The notes: generated by a model not told the origin, from the sequence alone. Counted from the first letter of the stretch, positions 52,662-63,727 are shown. The stretch is 64,000 bases of DNA from Ignavibacteriota bacterium (GCA_963727825.1 CAVSHO010000014.1:42897-106896), one strand, 5' to 3'. Translations and numbers: made by a program.

Positions 52662-53510
52662 TTATTGCGCGAGGTGGATACGAAGACTGAGAGAAATTGG
52701 TTTATGCGTAGCTCCTTGGCTGCTACTTCGTTCCCCATAATTTCCTCGCCCGCTACCGGTGTAATCACTACCTTGTGTTCCTTCATTACCGGATATACCA
52801 CTTCCTCCTGGTGGCGTTCCAGCATTGGGTGTGCTACCGCCGCCATGCCTTCGTCTTCCACCACCGCCCATACTCCCATCTTGATGTTTGCTGTCTGAAG
52901 GCTTTTCGATCTTCCCAGATTCGATATTCATACTCAAGGTATTATCAATTCCAGCTCCAAAGGGTTCTTGCTTTGCTTTACGCGGAATTTTTAGTTCAAG
53001 AACAGCAAATCCGGACGAATCACGAAATGCAGCAGCGATGCCATAATCGTTTTCGGATGTTAGTGTTGAACTTTGGGTTATTGCATCTTTTTCAGGTCCC
53101 AATACCTCCATTTCGGTAGGATAACCAGAAGAGACTGCCCCTTCTGTAATTGAAGACTTGCCTATTTGGAGAGGATAATGAATTCCAAATTTTTTCCCAT
53201 TTTTTGGTTCGATCCAGACAATCATTCCCGCTGCTGTCATCAAACGTGCTGTTGCTCTATCGGTGGACATAAGGCAAACATACATATTGCTTGCATCGTT
53301 TTGAATGCCGATTAATAATCCTGCGTCTTCTAAATCAAGCATTTTCTTTCCGTTCCATTCATCGGCTCGACCGTCAACAATATATGTCCCGCTTAGTGAT
53401 TCGCTGTTCAATTCTTTTGTTGAGGAACATCCCGGAATGATGGCAGTTTGAAGCAGTGAGAAAGAAAAAAAAGTTACTTTTAAACACACTCTAAATTTCC
53501 AACTTGACAT
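52662..53510 (-). CDS. Hypothetical lipoprotein with Gly-rich tail
   Basis: IPGC lipobox-like, VDGRADEW, QNDASNMYV. Confidence 0.7.
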   Translation of the reverse strand: MSSWKFRVCLKVTFFSFSLLQTAIIPGCSSTKELNSESLSGTYIVDGRADEWNGKKMLDLEDAGLLIGIQNDASNMYVCLMSTDRATARLMTAAGMIVWIEPKNGKKFGIHYPLQIGKSSITEGAVSSGYPTEMEVLGPEKDAITQSSTLTSENDYGIAAAFRDSSGFAVLELKIPRKAKQEPFGAGIDNTLSMNIESGKIEKPSDSKHQDGSMGGGGRRRHGGGSTPNAGTPPGGSGISGNEGTQGSDYTGSGRGNYGERSSSQGATHKPISLSLRIHLAQ

Positions 53511-53702
53511 ATAAACCCTTCTTTGTTAAACCTAATGGCTTCAAATTTTAGATGCATTTTGTCGTTGTGAAGTTTAATACAAAGTTGATCTATTGAGAAT
53601 TATTTTCACTAAATTCTATTAACTTTATTAAGGATCGGACTACATATCTTTGCAGATAATAAAAAGAGCAAAATGTGCAAAAGTTTACTTTGACCCAAAA
53701 AA

Positions 53703-53727
53703 GAAACAAATAGTGCATTAAATCGTC
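53703..53727 (+). promoter_or_regulatory. ECF-sigma-like promoter
   Basis: GAAAC-N16-CGTC. Confidence 0.45.
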
Positions 53728-53755
53728 TTATTATTGTACAACATATCGAAACCAC

Positions 53756-54205
53756 ATGAATTTGACAAAACATTTTCTATTGCTTTCAATTTTAGTAGTT
53801 GTGTGTGTTTTAGGATGGAGCGGTTGTTATACACAATTAGCAACCAGTTCGGACAATCCTGAACCAGTAATTAATTCACCGACCATTCCTACAGATCAAC
53901 CTCCTCAATTGGAGCCATACGATCCATCTCCAACGGATCCATACTATCCGCCTCCAACAGATCCATATCAACCAATTCCTCCGGCAGGGTCTACATCAAA
54001 CGGCACCGGGTCAGAGACAACTCCGGATTCTCCTCATCGTCAGTCTGGATATCAGCGATCATCTTCGACTGACCAAAACAATTCTCGCCAGGCTGATACG
54101 ACTCCACCTAGAACTTCCTGGAGTCCGGCTCCAACGCCAAGCGCTCCAACTCCCAGTTCCGGTTCTAACACTCGCACCAGCGGTTCGACACGCGGAGGCA
54201 GATAA
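53756..54205 (+). CDS. Pro/Ser-rich lipoprotein
   Basis: WSGCYTQL lipobox, PTDPY repeats. Confidence 0.7.
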   Translation: MNLTKHFLLLSILVVVCVLGWSGCYTQLATSSDNPEPVINSPTIPTDQPPQLEPYDPSPTDPYYPPPTDPYQPIPPAGSTSNGTGSETTPDSPHRQSGYQRSSSTDQNNSRQADTTPPRTSWSPAPTPSAPTPSSGSNTRTSGSTRGGR

Positions 54206-54278
54206 AGATTGATCAACCTGCACATTTCTACAGGACGCCGTTCTATCAAAAAAGAAAAATATTAGAGGATTAAATTTT

Positions 54279-55769
54279 ATGGGAGCGATTATAATGAAGA
54301 AAAATCTTATAAAAGTATGGAATAAGTCTTTTTTCTTCCTCGCTATTCTATTCAACCTAACTCTGGCACAACAAGATACGTTTCAACTTGAATCAAAGCG
54401 CATTGCAGGTTCAATTCTAGTTGATGGTCATTCACTTGATTATTTGCAGGGACTGACAGATGGTTTCGGAGGACGCATCTCCGGTTCCGGCGCATATAAT
54501 CGAGCATCGGAATGGGCTGTTCAACAATTTCGTGAGGCAGGAATTAAAGACATAAGACTCGAACCGTTCACAATACCGAATGGCTGGGAGCGTATTTCTG
54601 CTAGTGCACGAATGATTACTCCTCTGGATCGCCCACTTCAGGTTCATTCATACGGTTGGGCTCCATCGACTTCAAAAGATGGTGTCCAGGGTGAAGTCGT
54701 TTTCATACGTCATATCTTATCGCAAGAGGAAATCAAATCGCAAGCCGATAAGATCAAAGACCGTATTGTTCTTATCAATGGTGATAGCTTTTACCAGAAT
54801 GAACGGTTCTTAGATAGCAAATATATCGCTTCGAAGAAACTTTTGAAAGAGCTTGGCGCGCACGCTATACTGGTTCGAGGTTCAGTAGAAAACAATATAA
54901 CCTCGACATGGGATGATACTTGGGGTGGAAAACTCGAGCCACTTCCGATTGCAGAGATTGGAATGGAAGATGGAAAACTAATCGAGAGACTATTAGAGCA
55001 TGGTGCTGTCACTATCAAACTTCAAATTGAGAATAAAATAACCGGACCTCTACAGGTAGCTAATGTTATTGCCGAAATTCATGGTCTTGAAAAACCAGAT
55101 GAGTGGATATTAATCGGAGCACACCTTGATTCCTGGGATCAAGGTACTGGAGCGCAAGACGGCGGTTCTGGTTGTGCGATGGTTATGGAAGCCGCACGTG
55201 CTATCATCCAATCAAACTTAGCTCCACGTCGCTCAATCAGGTTTGTGCTGTGGGGTGGCGAAGAACAAGGTCTTATGGGATCAAACTCTTACGTTCAACA
55301 GCACGCTTCCGAAATGGACAATTGTGTTGTTGCTTTGAATGCAGGCTTGTGTGCCGGTACTCCACAGGGATGGATAATGAGAGGTAACAATGATATGAAA
55401 AAAATATTACAATCTCTCGCTACTTTCTTGAATGGATTAGGCGGCGACGGATTGAAGTCAGAGGTGACGTTTGAAGAATTATCAGATTGGGAATCATTAT
55501 TTCTTGCAGGCATTCCAACATTAGATCTATGGGTGGATATGACATCTTATTGGAATATTGATAATAAATCCGGTGATACTTTTGACAAAGTTGATGCTCA
55601 TAATCTTGCCGATGGATCGGCGATTATTGCAATTACTGCTGCTTGGTTTGCTGATCAACCTATTGAACTGCCATCGCACTTAGACCAAGCAACAATAAAT
55701 AAAATCCTCATGAAAGCAGAAGTCTACGAACGTATCAATGATTTAAGGAAACTCGGTGTCCTCAAGTAG
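54279..55769 (+). CDS. M28 peptidase homolog (carboxypeptidase Q-like, PA domain)
   Basis: GAHLDSWD, GAQD, GGEEQGL, DTFDKV. Confidence 0.85.
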   Translation: MGAIIMKKNLIKVWNKSFFFLAILFNLTLAQQDTFQLESKRIAGSILVDGHSLDYLQGLTDGFGGRISGSGAYNRASEWAVQQFREAGIKDIRLEPFTIPNGWERISASARMITPLDRPLQVHSYGWAPSTSKDGVQGEVVFIRHILSQEEIKSQADKIKDRIVLINGDSFYQNERFLDSKYIASKKLLKELGAHAILVRGSVENNITSTWDDTWGGKLEPLPIAEIGMEDGKLIERLLEHGAVTIKLQIENKITGPLQVANVIAEIHGLEKPDEWILIGAHLDSWDQGTGAQDGGSGCAMVMEAARAIIQSNLAPRRSIRFVLWGGEEQGLMGSNSYVQQHASEMDNCVVALNAGLCAGTPQGWIMRGNNDMKKILQSLATFLNGLGGDGLKSEVTFEELSDWESLFLAGIPTLDLWVDMTSYWNIDNKSGDTFDKVDAHNLADGSAIIAITAAWFADQPIELPSHLDQATINKILMKAEVYERINDLRKLGVLK

Positions 55770-55946
55770 GATAGGTTCGATGTTCAAGTAAAATACGCCT
55801 TAAGACAAGATTCTTTAGGACAAAGAACAATATTCGCATTTGTTAAAGATTTAAACAAAACAACAAATACATTATTATAAAAAAGCCTCGACGTTTGCCA
55901 AGGCTTCAATAAATTCCAAATTATTATCTAGCGAAGATCTAAGTTT

Positions 55947-57911
55947 TTATTTCATTAAGATCATTTTATTAACCGCTATTTTGTCTTTGTACTTCAATTC
56001 ATAAAAATATATGCCGCTCGATAAAGCATTCCCCGGCTCGAATGTTACCTGATGTTTTCCTGCAGTCAAGTATCCATCAATTAATGTTGCCACAGTTTGA
56101 CCAAGAATATTGAAAACGCGCAATGTGGCTTTACCATCAGATGGCAAAGTGAAACTAATCTGTGTAGATGGATTGAAGGGATTCGGATAATTGTTATCGA
56201 GCGAAAAACTTACCGACAAATTAGTTATCGATGTTTCAACTGAAGTCGTTGTCTGTTCCGTTATAATAAAATCAGCCGGACTACTAAACTCCCCAGTTGT
56301 ATAATCAATAACAGGAGATGTAGACATGCTTGAAATGTAACCAACTTTATCGGTTATTACCGTATATACACCGGGATCAAGATCCACAATTTCGTATGAA
56401 CCATCTACAGCTGTAACATCGTACGAACAAGAATTCTGAGACTCGCCTATGACGATGACACCGGACAATCCAGAACCACTTGAATTCCTAACCGATCCTT
56501 TTATTGAACCACCACCTTGTGCAATAATATTATTCACACAAATAACAAGACCTCCCACATTTTGATTCTCTTTTACAACGATGGTATCGGCAGCTTTCAT
56601 ATTATAGATGCCACAATCGTTTGCTTTGAAATATGCCGGCAAATATCTGCCAAATGGAACCACTTGCAGTATGTAACTTCCATTTGCTACGGCATTAAAA
56701 GAAAATATTCCTAGTGAATCTGTATTAATTGTTCTCGCAATCGGAATAGGAAGTACTATTGTGCTTCTAACAGGAATAACAGGATACAAAATTACATGTG
56801 CTACTACAAACGCTCCTGCGCTATCAACAACAGCACCAGAGACTTTCGCAGTTGCTACAGGAAGAGCACTTAATTTAAAATTAATCCCCGTGGTATCACT
56901 ATTCAATGTAAGCTTATCAGCCTCGAGTACATTACTTTTGCCGTTGTAATATTGTAGAATATATCCTGCTTTATAGGATGCAACAACATATGGACTGCCG
57001 ATCACAGCCGTAAGTTTATATCTACCGGCGCTATCTGTTTTTGCTGTACCGCCAACATCACAGAACAATCCAAATCCTGATTCTTGAAACGACATCGTAT
57101 CTGCGTTAGCGGTAGATGATACAGGGCTAGGTATAAGTGAAGCAACAACAGTTGCTCCTGTTATCGGTTTTCCATTCAAATCAGAGACTGTACCGGATAT
57201 TAACATCGGAACAGGTCGTTGATATTTTTTAAGTATGAAGTTTGCGACAATTGGTGTTGTATCTTTCACTAGAACAGGCGTTGCGCCATCCATCGTTGGT
57301 GAATTAATATACCAGACTGGTATATAGTCTCCATTTATATTTATAGGGGAAATTACTAAAGGCGAAGGTCCCGACCTTGCTTGAATAAAGAATTCTCCAG
57401 AATCGGCGACAACAATTTTATAGGCACCAACCGAATCAGTAAATGCAGAAAGCAAAGTTGTATAAGTTGTAACTGCGGATCCATCTGTTTTTTTGTACAA
57501 CGATATAAGAATCCCTTTGAGCAATTCATTACTTTCATTTTTAACTACACCATTAACCGTTCCAAGAAAATTCACAACCTGAATAGTCCATGAATAAGAA
57601 GATGATTTACTCGAACTCGTAGTAATCCTGACTTCTACACTGAAATATCCCTTAACGGTTGGAGTCCATTTGACAAGTCCCGTCAATGAATCAATTGACA
57701 TACCTGCTGGTGATTTAGTTAGTTTGAAAGAAGCTTTTGTATTAGTTGGCATTGGAACCTGAAATTGGTATTCCACGCCAACGACAGCTATTGATTGTGT
57801 GGATACAATAACACCTTGAGTTGGTGTCGTGCTCTGTGCAATAAGCTGTGTTCCAACTAAGGAACAAATGATAAGTAACAAAACATTTCTGAAAAGTAAG
57901 GTTTGTTTCAT
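55947..57911 (-). CDS. Secreted multi-Ig / CarboxypepD_reg-repeat protein with T9SS-type C-terminal domain
   Basis: PAGMSIDSLTGLVKWTP, repeated GxVxD..G..G, C-terminal NYPNPFNPST..SSGIYFY..KMILMK. Confidence 0.85.
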   Translation of the reverse strand: MKQTLLFRNVLLLIICSLVGTQLIAQSTTPTQGVIVSTQSIAVVGVEYQFQVPMPTNTKASFKLTKSPAGMSIDSLTGLVKWTPTVKGYFSVEVRITTSSSKSSSYSWTIQVVNFLGTVNGVVKNESNELLKGILISLYKKTDGSAVTTYTTLLSAFTDSVGAYKIVVADSGEFFIQARSGPSPLVISPININGDYIPVWYINSPTMDGATPVLVKDTTPIVANFILKKYQRPVPMLISGTVSDLNGKPITGATVVASLIPSPVSSTANADTMSFQESGFGLFCDVGGTAKTDSAGRYKLTAVIGSPYVVASYKAGYILQYYNGKSNVLEADKLTLNSDTTGINFKLSALPVATAKVSGAVVDSAGAFVVAHVILYPVIPVRSTIVLPIPIARTINTDSLGIFSFNAVANGSYILQVVPFGRYLPAYFKANDCGIYNMKAADTIVVKENQNVGGLVICVNNIIAQGGGSIKGSVRNSSGSGLSGVIVIGESQNSCSYDVTAVDGSYEIVDLDPGVYTVITDKVGYISSMSTSPVIDYTTGEFSSPADFIITEQTTTSVETSITNLSVSFSLDNNYPNPFNPSTQISFTLPSDGKATLRVFNILGQTVATLIDGYLTAGKHQVTFEPGNALSSGIYFYELKYKDKIAVNKMILMK

Positions 57912-58091
57912 TCTACACCTCATACATATTTTAAATGGCAATTGTATAAGCCTTAATAATATTTAGCATGATCTGCAATTGTTTTGAATATATAAAAGAG
58001 TAAATTCAATAATTGTGCTTTCCGTCATATCAGTCTCAACATCATAAATTATACTATTCCAATAGTTAGAGACTTTATTCTATTGAAAGGT

Positions 58092-58637
58092 TTAACCTAT
58101 ATAGGGTAAATTACTAAGTTCTTCAATTTTGTGATTTTTGAGCACCTTCTTTGCACGTGCACGAAACGCTGGAGTTGAATAAGGAACCATCAGACTTACA
58201 ATAATCTCAAGCTCCTTTTTGAGCTCTGGTTCTTCCTGGGCAATATTTGCAAGCACGGTCATTGAAAATGTTCTCACAGCAATTGGCTCGTCGATTGAAG
58301 AGATTAACTCGAAACAAAGGTTTGCCACGATTCCTTGCAATCTGCGTGGTATCTTTACAAATTGCAGTATGCGAACAACATTACGCTTCACTGCATCGTG
58401 GACTCCTGCTTTTTGCATTCTATTTATCATTGGTTTAAGCCACGGGGAGACCATCTCCGGATGTCTTTCAGCACAATGACCTATGATCCAAGCCGATTTC
58501 CTTGCCAGCTGTTCATCCCCTTGCAGGAAAAATTTCATCAAGTGCTGAAAGCGCATTTTATCTTTCCCAATCCATTTAACAATCTTTTCCACTTGATCTT
58601 TTGAACGGACATCAAGTATTTCTTTTTCAATATCCAT
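58092..58637 (-). CDS. Conserved hypothetical helical (HEAT-like) protein
   Basis: Clean ORF; AVKRNVVRILQ, PIAVRTFSM. Confidence 0.7.
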   Translation of the reverse strand: MDIEKEILDVRSKDQVEKIVKWIGKDKMRFQHLMKFFLQGDEQLARKSAWIIGHCAERHPEMVSPWLKPMINRMQKAGVHDAVKRNVVRILQFVKIPRRLQGIVANLCFELISSIDEPIAVRTFSMTVLANIAQEEPELKKELEIIVSLMVPYSTPAFRARAKKVLKNHKIEELSNLPYIG

Positions 58638-58670
58638 TATTTATCAAAGAATATATAAATCATGAGAATA

Positions 58671-59093
58671 CTAAATATCTTTCGAAAATATGTCTAACGT
58701 CGTCCGCTTTTGCCAACCAAATCCATTATAAAACTGCTCGGCTTCATTATTGTCTCGATAGACAAAGAGATGACACTTAGCAATTCCACGCAGGCGAAGT
58801 GCATCCAGCGATTGCTGAGTCAATTGTCTGCCGATTCCACGCTTCCTGTACGTTTCATCAACAGCGAGATGATAGATATATCCGCGGCGGCCATCATGTC
58901 CACAGAGGATTGTGCCAATGAGCCGCTCTCCTTCTTCGCAGACAAAGCACAATCCTGGATTCCGCTCTAAGAATGCGAGTATTCCTTCCCGCGAATCTGC
59001 CTCACTCAAACCCAACCCCGGAGTCTTCTGCCAGAGAGCTAATATCCGGCTGTAATCGTCAATTGTCATTTCACGAAAAGAATATTTTTTCAA
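58671..59093 (-). CDS. GNAT N-acetyltransferase
   Basis: GHDGRRGYIYHLAV, YRKRGIG. Confidence 0.9.
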   Translation of the reverse strand: MKKYSFREMTIDDYSRILALWQKTPGLGLSEADSREGILAFLERNPGLCFVCEEGERLIGTILCGHDGRRGYIYHLAVDETYRKRGIGRQLTQQSLDALRLRGIAKCHLFVYRDNNEAEQFYNGFGWQKRTTLDIFSKDI

Positions 59094-59434
59094 AATATTA
59101 TACTTTCATCTATTTTTAGTTTTCGGATGATTATTTCCAATATCGATACTATATAAGGCTCACATTGATATTTTATGATTTATTATAAAATCAACAGCTT
59201 AAGAATAAACTCAGCAATATATTAAATGGTTTCGCATGCAGATGCAAGATAAATTGGCATGGAAACTGTTGAAATATAATACCGATAGAATGATAGTGAT
59301 TAGAATTTGATAAGATTTGAGTTAATAATTATCCACTAAAATTTATTTCTATCAGAAGATTAGCTTGATGTACAGAAGTATTACTTCGATTATATCGACA
59401 ATACATTTCCTACTTTTCTAAATAGCCAGTTTCT

Positions 59435-59872
59435 CTACTTCAATCCATACTTCCTGATGTGCTCATATAAAAGAAATGTCGTCCCACCAACTTCAAAAGC
59501 TCCCAAAATTGTTTTGAGCGTGTGTAGTTCATTCTCTTTAGCCAGCTCCTGTTTCCATGGCGATATGAGATCAATCTGTTGCTGGAATTGTCCTGAAAGT
59601 GAAGAAGGAAGAATCATGAGTGCTTGGTGTAAAGACATAGATTCATATTCAGGAGTGTCGCGTAGTGATGGCGGGGGAGTAATTTCAGTCTGGAAGCTGT
59701 GTAAGAGAGATTGATTGATAATTGGCTTTTTAACAAGCGTATCGCGCACTTCCGGTTTGCCAGGTTCTTGTGCGTATAGAGTATAACCCGCAGAAATGCT
59801 AATAATTAACATCCATTCCACCCGACTTATGATCCGTATAATTAGCATTCCAGACCTACCAAATAGCGGCAT
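59435..59872 (-). CDS. Hypothetical exported protein
   Basis: Signal-like N-terminus; start uncertain. Confidence 0.55.
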   Translation of the reverse strand: MPLFGRSGMLIIRIISRVEWMLIISISAGYTLYAQEPGKPEVRDTLVKKPIINQSLLHSFQTEITPPPSLRDTPEYESMSLHQALMILPSSLSGQFQQQIDLISPWKQELAKENELHTLKTILGAFEVGGTTFLLYEHIRKYGLK

Positions 59873-60114
59873 AACTGTTTATTATCATTTTATAAAAAAT
59901 ATTAAATATATAAACGAATCACAAATAGATATTATTCCATTTGGCTTTTATAGAAGTGATAGGCGGTTTGCTTTTATTTCCGATCAACAAACCACAGCTA
60001 CAATATTCTTGCATTTGCAGTGACGATCCTTACTAAAATAACAGCGGATAAAAATTGTACGCATTTACATTCAATTCCTGCAGAATTGGAGCAAGGAAGA
60101 CTAAATTGCGAAGT

Positions 60115-61356
60115 TCATTCGTAACGAAGCGATTCGACAGGATCCACGCTGGCTGCCTTGCGGGCCGGAAAAACTCCTGCCATAAAGCCAATCGCGGAAA
60201 GAATTCCTACGGTGATCAGGATAAGTGAAAAGGAAAGAACAGGTCTCCCGACGAATTGCATGGCACCTTCTTCTGCGGGGAACAACCACATGACTGAAAC
60301 GATTGCATAACAAAACAAAATTCCGATTGTACCTCCCGAAAAAGCAAGCAATAATGATTCAAAAATAAACTGTGCCATAATATAGCTTCGTCGTGCACCA
60401 ACTGCCATCTTAATGCCAATTTCTCTGGTTCGCTCTTTCACAACAACATACATCACATTCGCAACTCCGACGCCTGCAATGAGTAGTGTGAGGAATCCGA
60501 TAGAAAAGAGAAAGATTGAAACGCCAAGACCTACTTTATTCATGATCTTTTCTCCTTCAATAAAATCCCACATTTGAAGAGCGCGCTCATCTTTCGTGTC
60601 AAATTTGTATTTACGGCCAAGTACTTCATAAATAGAATTTTTTATCATTTCCTGTCTGCTCGGATCCGATGGCTGGAGGACAATACTATTCACATTCGTA
60701 TATCCATAGGATGTGTGAAAAGTCGTATAAGGTATAATTGCACGCCGGGTGTCAGGCCCGTTATTCATTGCTGTCTGCACCTTTTTTTGAATAATGCCTA
60801 CCATAGTATACGGAACGCGATCAACCATAATGGTCTTACCTATTGGATCTTCATCTTTAAAGATTTCATACGCAACCTTGGTGCCAAGGACAAGAACGCG
60901 CCTTTGCTGCTCCACGTCCACATCATTAAGGAATCGTCCGCCGCCCGCCGGATACATACGCCGCATTTCTTCAAAGCCAGGATCAACCCCTTCACACTCC
61001 GTTGTCGTATTATTCTTTCCGTAACTAAGAGTAACATTCGAATGATATTGAGGTGAAATAAGGCCAATTCCAGGCACTGACTGTTTGATCAATTCAACGT
61101 CGTCTTCCACGAATTTAATTCTTCTTCCTTTTGGCAATCCTTGATAGACAAGCCCTGTTTCTCCGCCGTATACAATGATGATACGATTACCTGCATTCAT
61201 CATTCCCTTCATCATCTGATTACCGAGCCCACGCCCAAATGATAGAAGCAGTACAACAGCAATCGTTCCCCACGTGATAGCAATGAGTGTCAATGTTGCA
61301 CGCGTGCGATGCGTACGAAGATCATATAGAAAATCTCTAAATAGTTCAAAAAACAT
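60115..61356 (-). CDS. MacB/FtsX-like ABC permease
   Basis: TLIAITWG, GGRFLN, ERTREIGIKMAVGA. Confidence 0.9.
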   Translation of the reverse strand: MFFELFRDFLYDLRTHRTRATLTLIAITWGTIAVVLLLSFGRGLGNQMMKGMMNAGNRIIIVYGGETGLVYQGLPKGRRIKFVEDDVELIKQSVPGIGLISPQYHSNVTLSYGKNNTTTECEGVDPGFEEMRRMYPAGGGRFLNDVDVEQQRRVLVLGTKVAYEIFKDEDPIGKTIMVDRVPYTMVGIIQKKVQTAMNNGPDTRRAIIPYTTFHTSYGYTNVNSIVLQPSDPSRQEMIKNSIYEVLGRKYKFDTKDERALQMWDFIEGEKIMNKVGLGVSIFLFSIGFLTLLIAGVGVANVMYVVVKERTREIGIKMAVGARRSYIMAQFIFESLLLAFSGGTIGILFCYAIVSVMWLFPAEEGAMQFVGRPVLSFSLILITVGILSAIGFMAGVFPARKAASVDPVESLRYE

Positions 61357-61385
61357 AATGAGTTATAAATTAAGAGACATTAATA

Positions 61386-62618
61386 TTATGTTCTCAGACA
61401 TTCAACAACATCAAGATTGGACGCCCGTCGTGCAGGCATCAACCCAGAGAGCAAACCTACAGCAATCAAAACACATATTGTTACGATGACAACCTCCATA
61501 GATAAAACAGGTGTTCCCACATATTCCTTAATCGGCAAGAGGTTTAAACCGGCAATGATACCGTAGGAAATAATGAAACCGATCGCAGAACCCGTGAATA
61601 CAATAAAGAAGGTTTCAGAAAAAAACTGAAAAAGAATATTTATTTTCGTTGCACCAACGGCGCGCTTTACCCCAATTTCTTTTATGCGTTCCTGCACAAC
61701 GATAAACATGATGTTCGCTACGCCAAGCCCGGCAACTCCCAGCGTAAAGCTACCGATAAGACCGAGGAAGACATTGATGCCGAGAAACATGTAGAATGCT
61801 AACCGGTCAAAATCGGTGGTATCCCAAATCCATACTGCATTTTGATCAGTCGGATCGAATCTATATTTCTTGCTGAGGGCTTCCCGAACCTCTTTCGCCG
61901 TCTCTTCACCCAATCGCGGGTCTTTCACTTGATAAATAATATTATTTAAATATACTGAGCCATAAACAGATTCAAACGTCGTAAGAGGAATAAAGATTCG
62001 ATCTTGATCCCTGCTATTATAAGACGAGGGCTGTGTTTTCTTTTGCATAACTCCGATAACCGTAAAAGGTGTAAGACCGATGAAAATCGTTTTACCAACT
62101 GCGTTCTGATCTGCAAAGAGAAATTCCTTAACTTTGTCACCAATCACGGCGACCCTACGCCTTTCTTGAAGATCAAGAGTATTAATATATCTTCCGCCTG
62201 CTTCCGGATTAATATTTCGTATATCACCGTATATTACATTAACTCCAGATATAAGCGGCGTCAGAATATTTTCTCCGACACGTGTTACTGTCCTTTTACC
62301 ATATTCCGGACTTATGCCCGAGACATTCGGTACCTGCGCAGCGACAAGCTTTGTATCCTCTTCAACGAACGACAGCTGTCTTCCAATCCCATATCCTGCG
62401 TAGGGTTTGGTTGTTTTCCCAGGCCAAACGATTGCAAGCCCTTCACCAATGCCATGCATACTCGCCACGGTTTGCTTTCTGAATCCGACACCAAACGCAA
62501 CGAGCACAACTATTGCAACAGTTCCCCAGATAATTCCAAACATCGTTAGAAATGCCCGAAGCTTCTGTGCCTTTAAATCGACAATAAATTCTGACAGGAT
62601 TGTGCGAAAAGTTTCCAT
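61386..62618 (-). CDS. MacB/FtsX-like ABC permease
   Basis: LTMFGIIWG, ERIKEIGVKRAVGA. Confidence 0.9.
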   Translation of the reverse strand: METFRTILSEFIVDLKAQKLRAFLTMFGIIWGTVAIVVLVAFGVGFRKQTVASMHGIGEGLAIVWPGKTTKPYAGYGIGRQLSFVEEDTKLVAAQVPNVSGISPEYGKRTVTRVGENILTPLISGVNVIYGDIRNINPEAGGRYINTLDLQERRRVAVIGDKVKEFLFADQNAVGKTIFIGLTPFTVIGVMQKKTQPSSYNSRDQDRIFIPLTTFESVYGSVYLNNIIYQVKDPRLGEETAKEVREALSKKYRFDPTDQNAVWIWDTTDFDRLAFYMFLGINVFLGLIGSFTLGVAGLGVANIMFIVVQERIKEIGVKRAVGATKINILFQFFSETFFIVFTGSAIGFIISYGIIAGLNLLPIKEYVGTPVLSMEVVIVTICVLIAVGLLSGLMPARRASNLDVVECLRT

Positions 62619-62629
62619 AAGAATCTCAC

Positions 62630-63727
62630 TTAATCAATTTTCTTAACGGGTCTTTCAAATACTTCGTCGCTATCATTTAAACCGGAAATAACTTCAATAT
62701 TAATCGCATCGCTTAAGCCTGTTTTGATATAATGTTTTTCATCTTTGTTTTTCCCTCGCGCCAAGTTGACAAATCCTGAATCATTGCTGAACGTAATTAC
62801 CCGCTCAGGAATTGACAATACATTGGTTTTCTTTTGGATGATGATATTAGCATTTGCTGAATAGCCGGCACGTAGAACAGCATTCTTTGCACCGGGAATA
62901 AGAATTTCTATTGGGAATACAGTGGAGTTATCTTTCTTTTCTGCCTTTAACCAGATTTTTCGAAGAATGCCTCTGACCGTATCGCTCGGCAATGCACCCA
63001 CTTTTATCTCAACATCCATTCCTTCTTTCATCTTTCCTACATCAATTTCATCCACTGTCCCTTTGAAAAGCAACCGTTCCATATTTGCCATCTTCATTAA
63101 CACTGTGCCTTCCTGATACTCAGTTAAAGGAGTTACAGGATCGCCAATCTCAATGGTTCGGTTGAGTACAAATCCAGAAATAGGAGATTTGACAATAGAT
63201 TCAATCTCGGTTTCTCCAATCTTAATTTTACCGCTTTCCATCAGGGCAAGATTTTCAGTCGCAATTTTCACCCTAAGTTCTGATTCGTCATATTGCATTT
63301 GGAAATCTTCATATTCCTTATCTGAAATTAGGTGGTTTTTAATCATGCTTTCCTGACGGACACGTTGCTTCTTCAAATTGTCTAAATCAACCTGGCACAG
63401 CTGTACCTGACGTTTGGCATTAGCAAGCTCACTCGGTGTTGGATCAGGACGCACTTCAAGCAATGGCTCACCGATTTTTATATATGCACCAACATCGACG
63501 AATATTTTGCTAACCACTCCAGAAACTTTCGACTTTACAGAAATCTCATTTTCCGGTTCGATTGTGCCAACTGCCAATGCTTTATCGACAATCGTTCCTC
63601 TTGTAACTTTTATCTTTGGCAAATCACTTTCGCTGGAAGATTTATTGTTGCCGAAGAAAAATAACGATGCGCCGCCCAGCACAATGACTGCAGCGGAAGA
63701 GAGTATGATTTTCTTTTTCATAGTCAT
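62630..63727 (-). CDS. Efflux periplasmic adaptor (MacA-like)
   Basis: VKSKVSGVV, VKSPISGFV, VDEIDVGK. Confidence 0.9.
   Translation of the reverse strand: MTMKKKIILSSAAVIVLGGASLFFFGNNKSSSESDLPKIKVTRGTIVDKALAVGTIEPENEISVKSKVSGVVSKIFVDVGAYIKIGEPLLEVRPDPTPSELANAKRQVQLCQVDLDNLKKQRVRQESMIKNHLISDKEYEDFQMQYDESELRVKIATENLALMESGKIKIGETEIESIVKSPISGFVLNRTIEIGDPVTPLTEYQEGTVLMKMANMERLLFKGTVDEIDVGKMKEGMDVEIKVGALPSDTVRGILRKIWLKAEKKDNSTVFPIEILIPGAKNAVLRAGYSANANIIIQKKTNVLSIPERVITFSNDSGFVNLARGKNKDEKHYIKTGLSDAINIEVISGLNDSDEVFERPVKKID

Noticed and set aside
59094-59434. AT-rich intergenic stretches (also 12342..12691 and 5540..5758) as ncRNA
   Set aside because: No stable hairpins, repeats or recognisable motifs by eye
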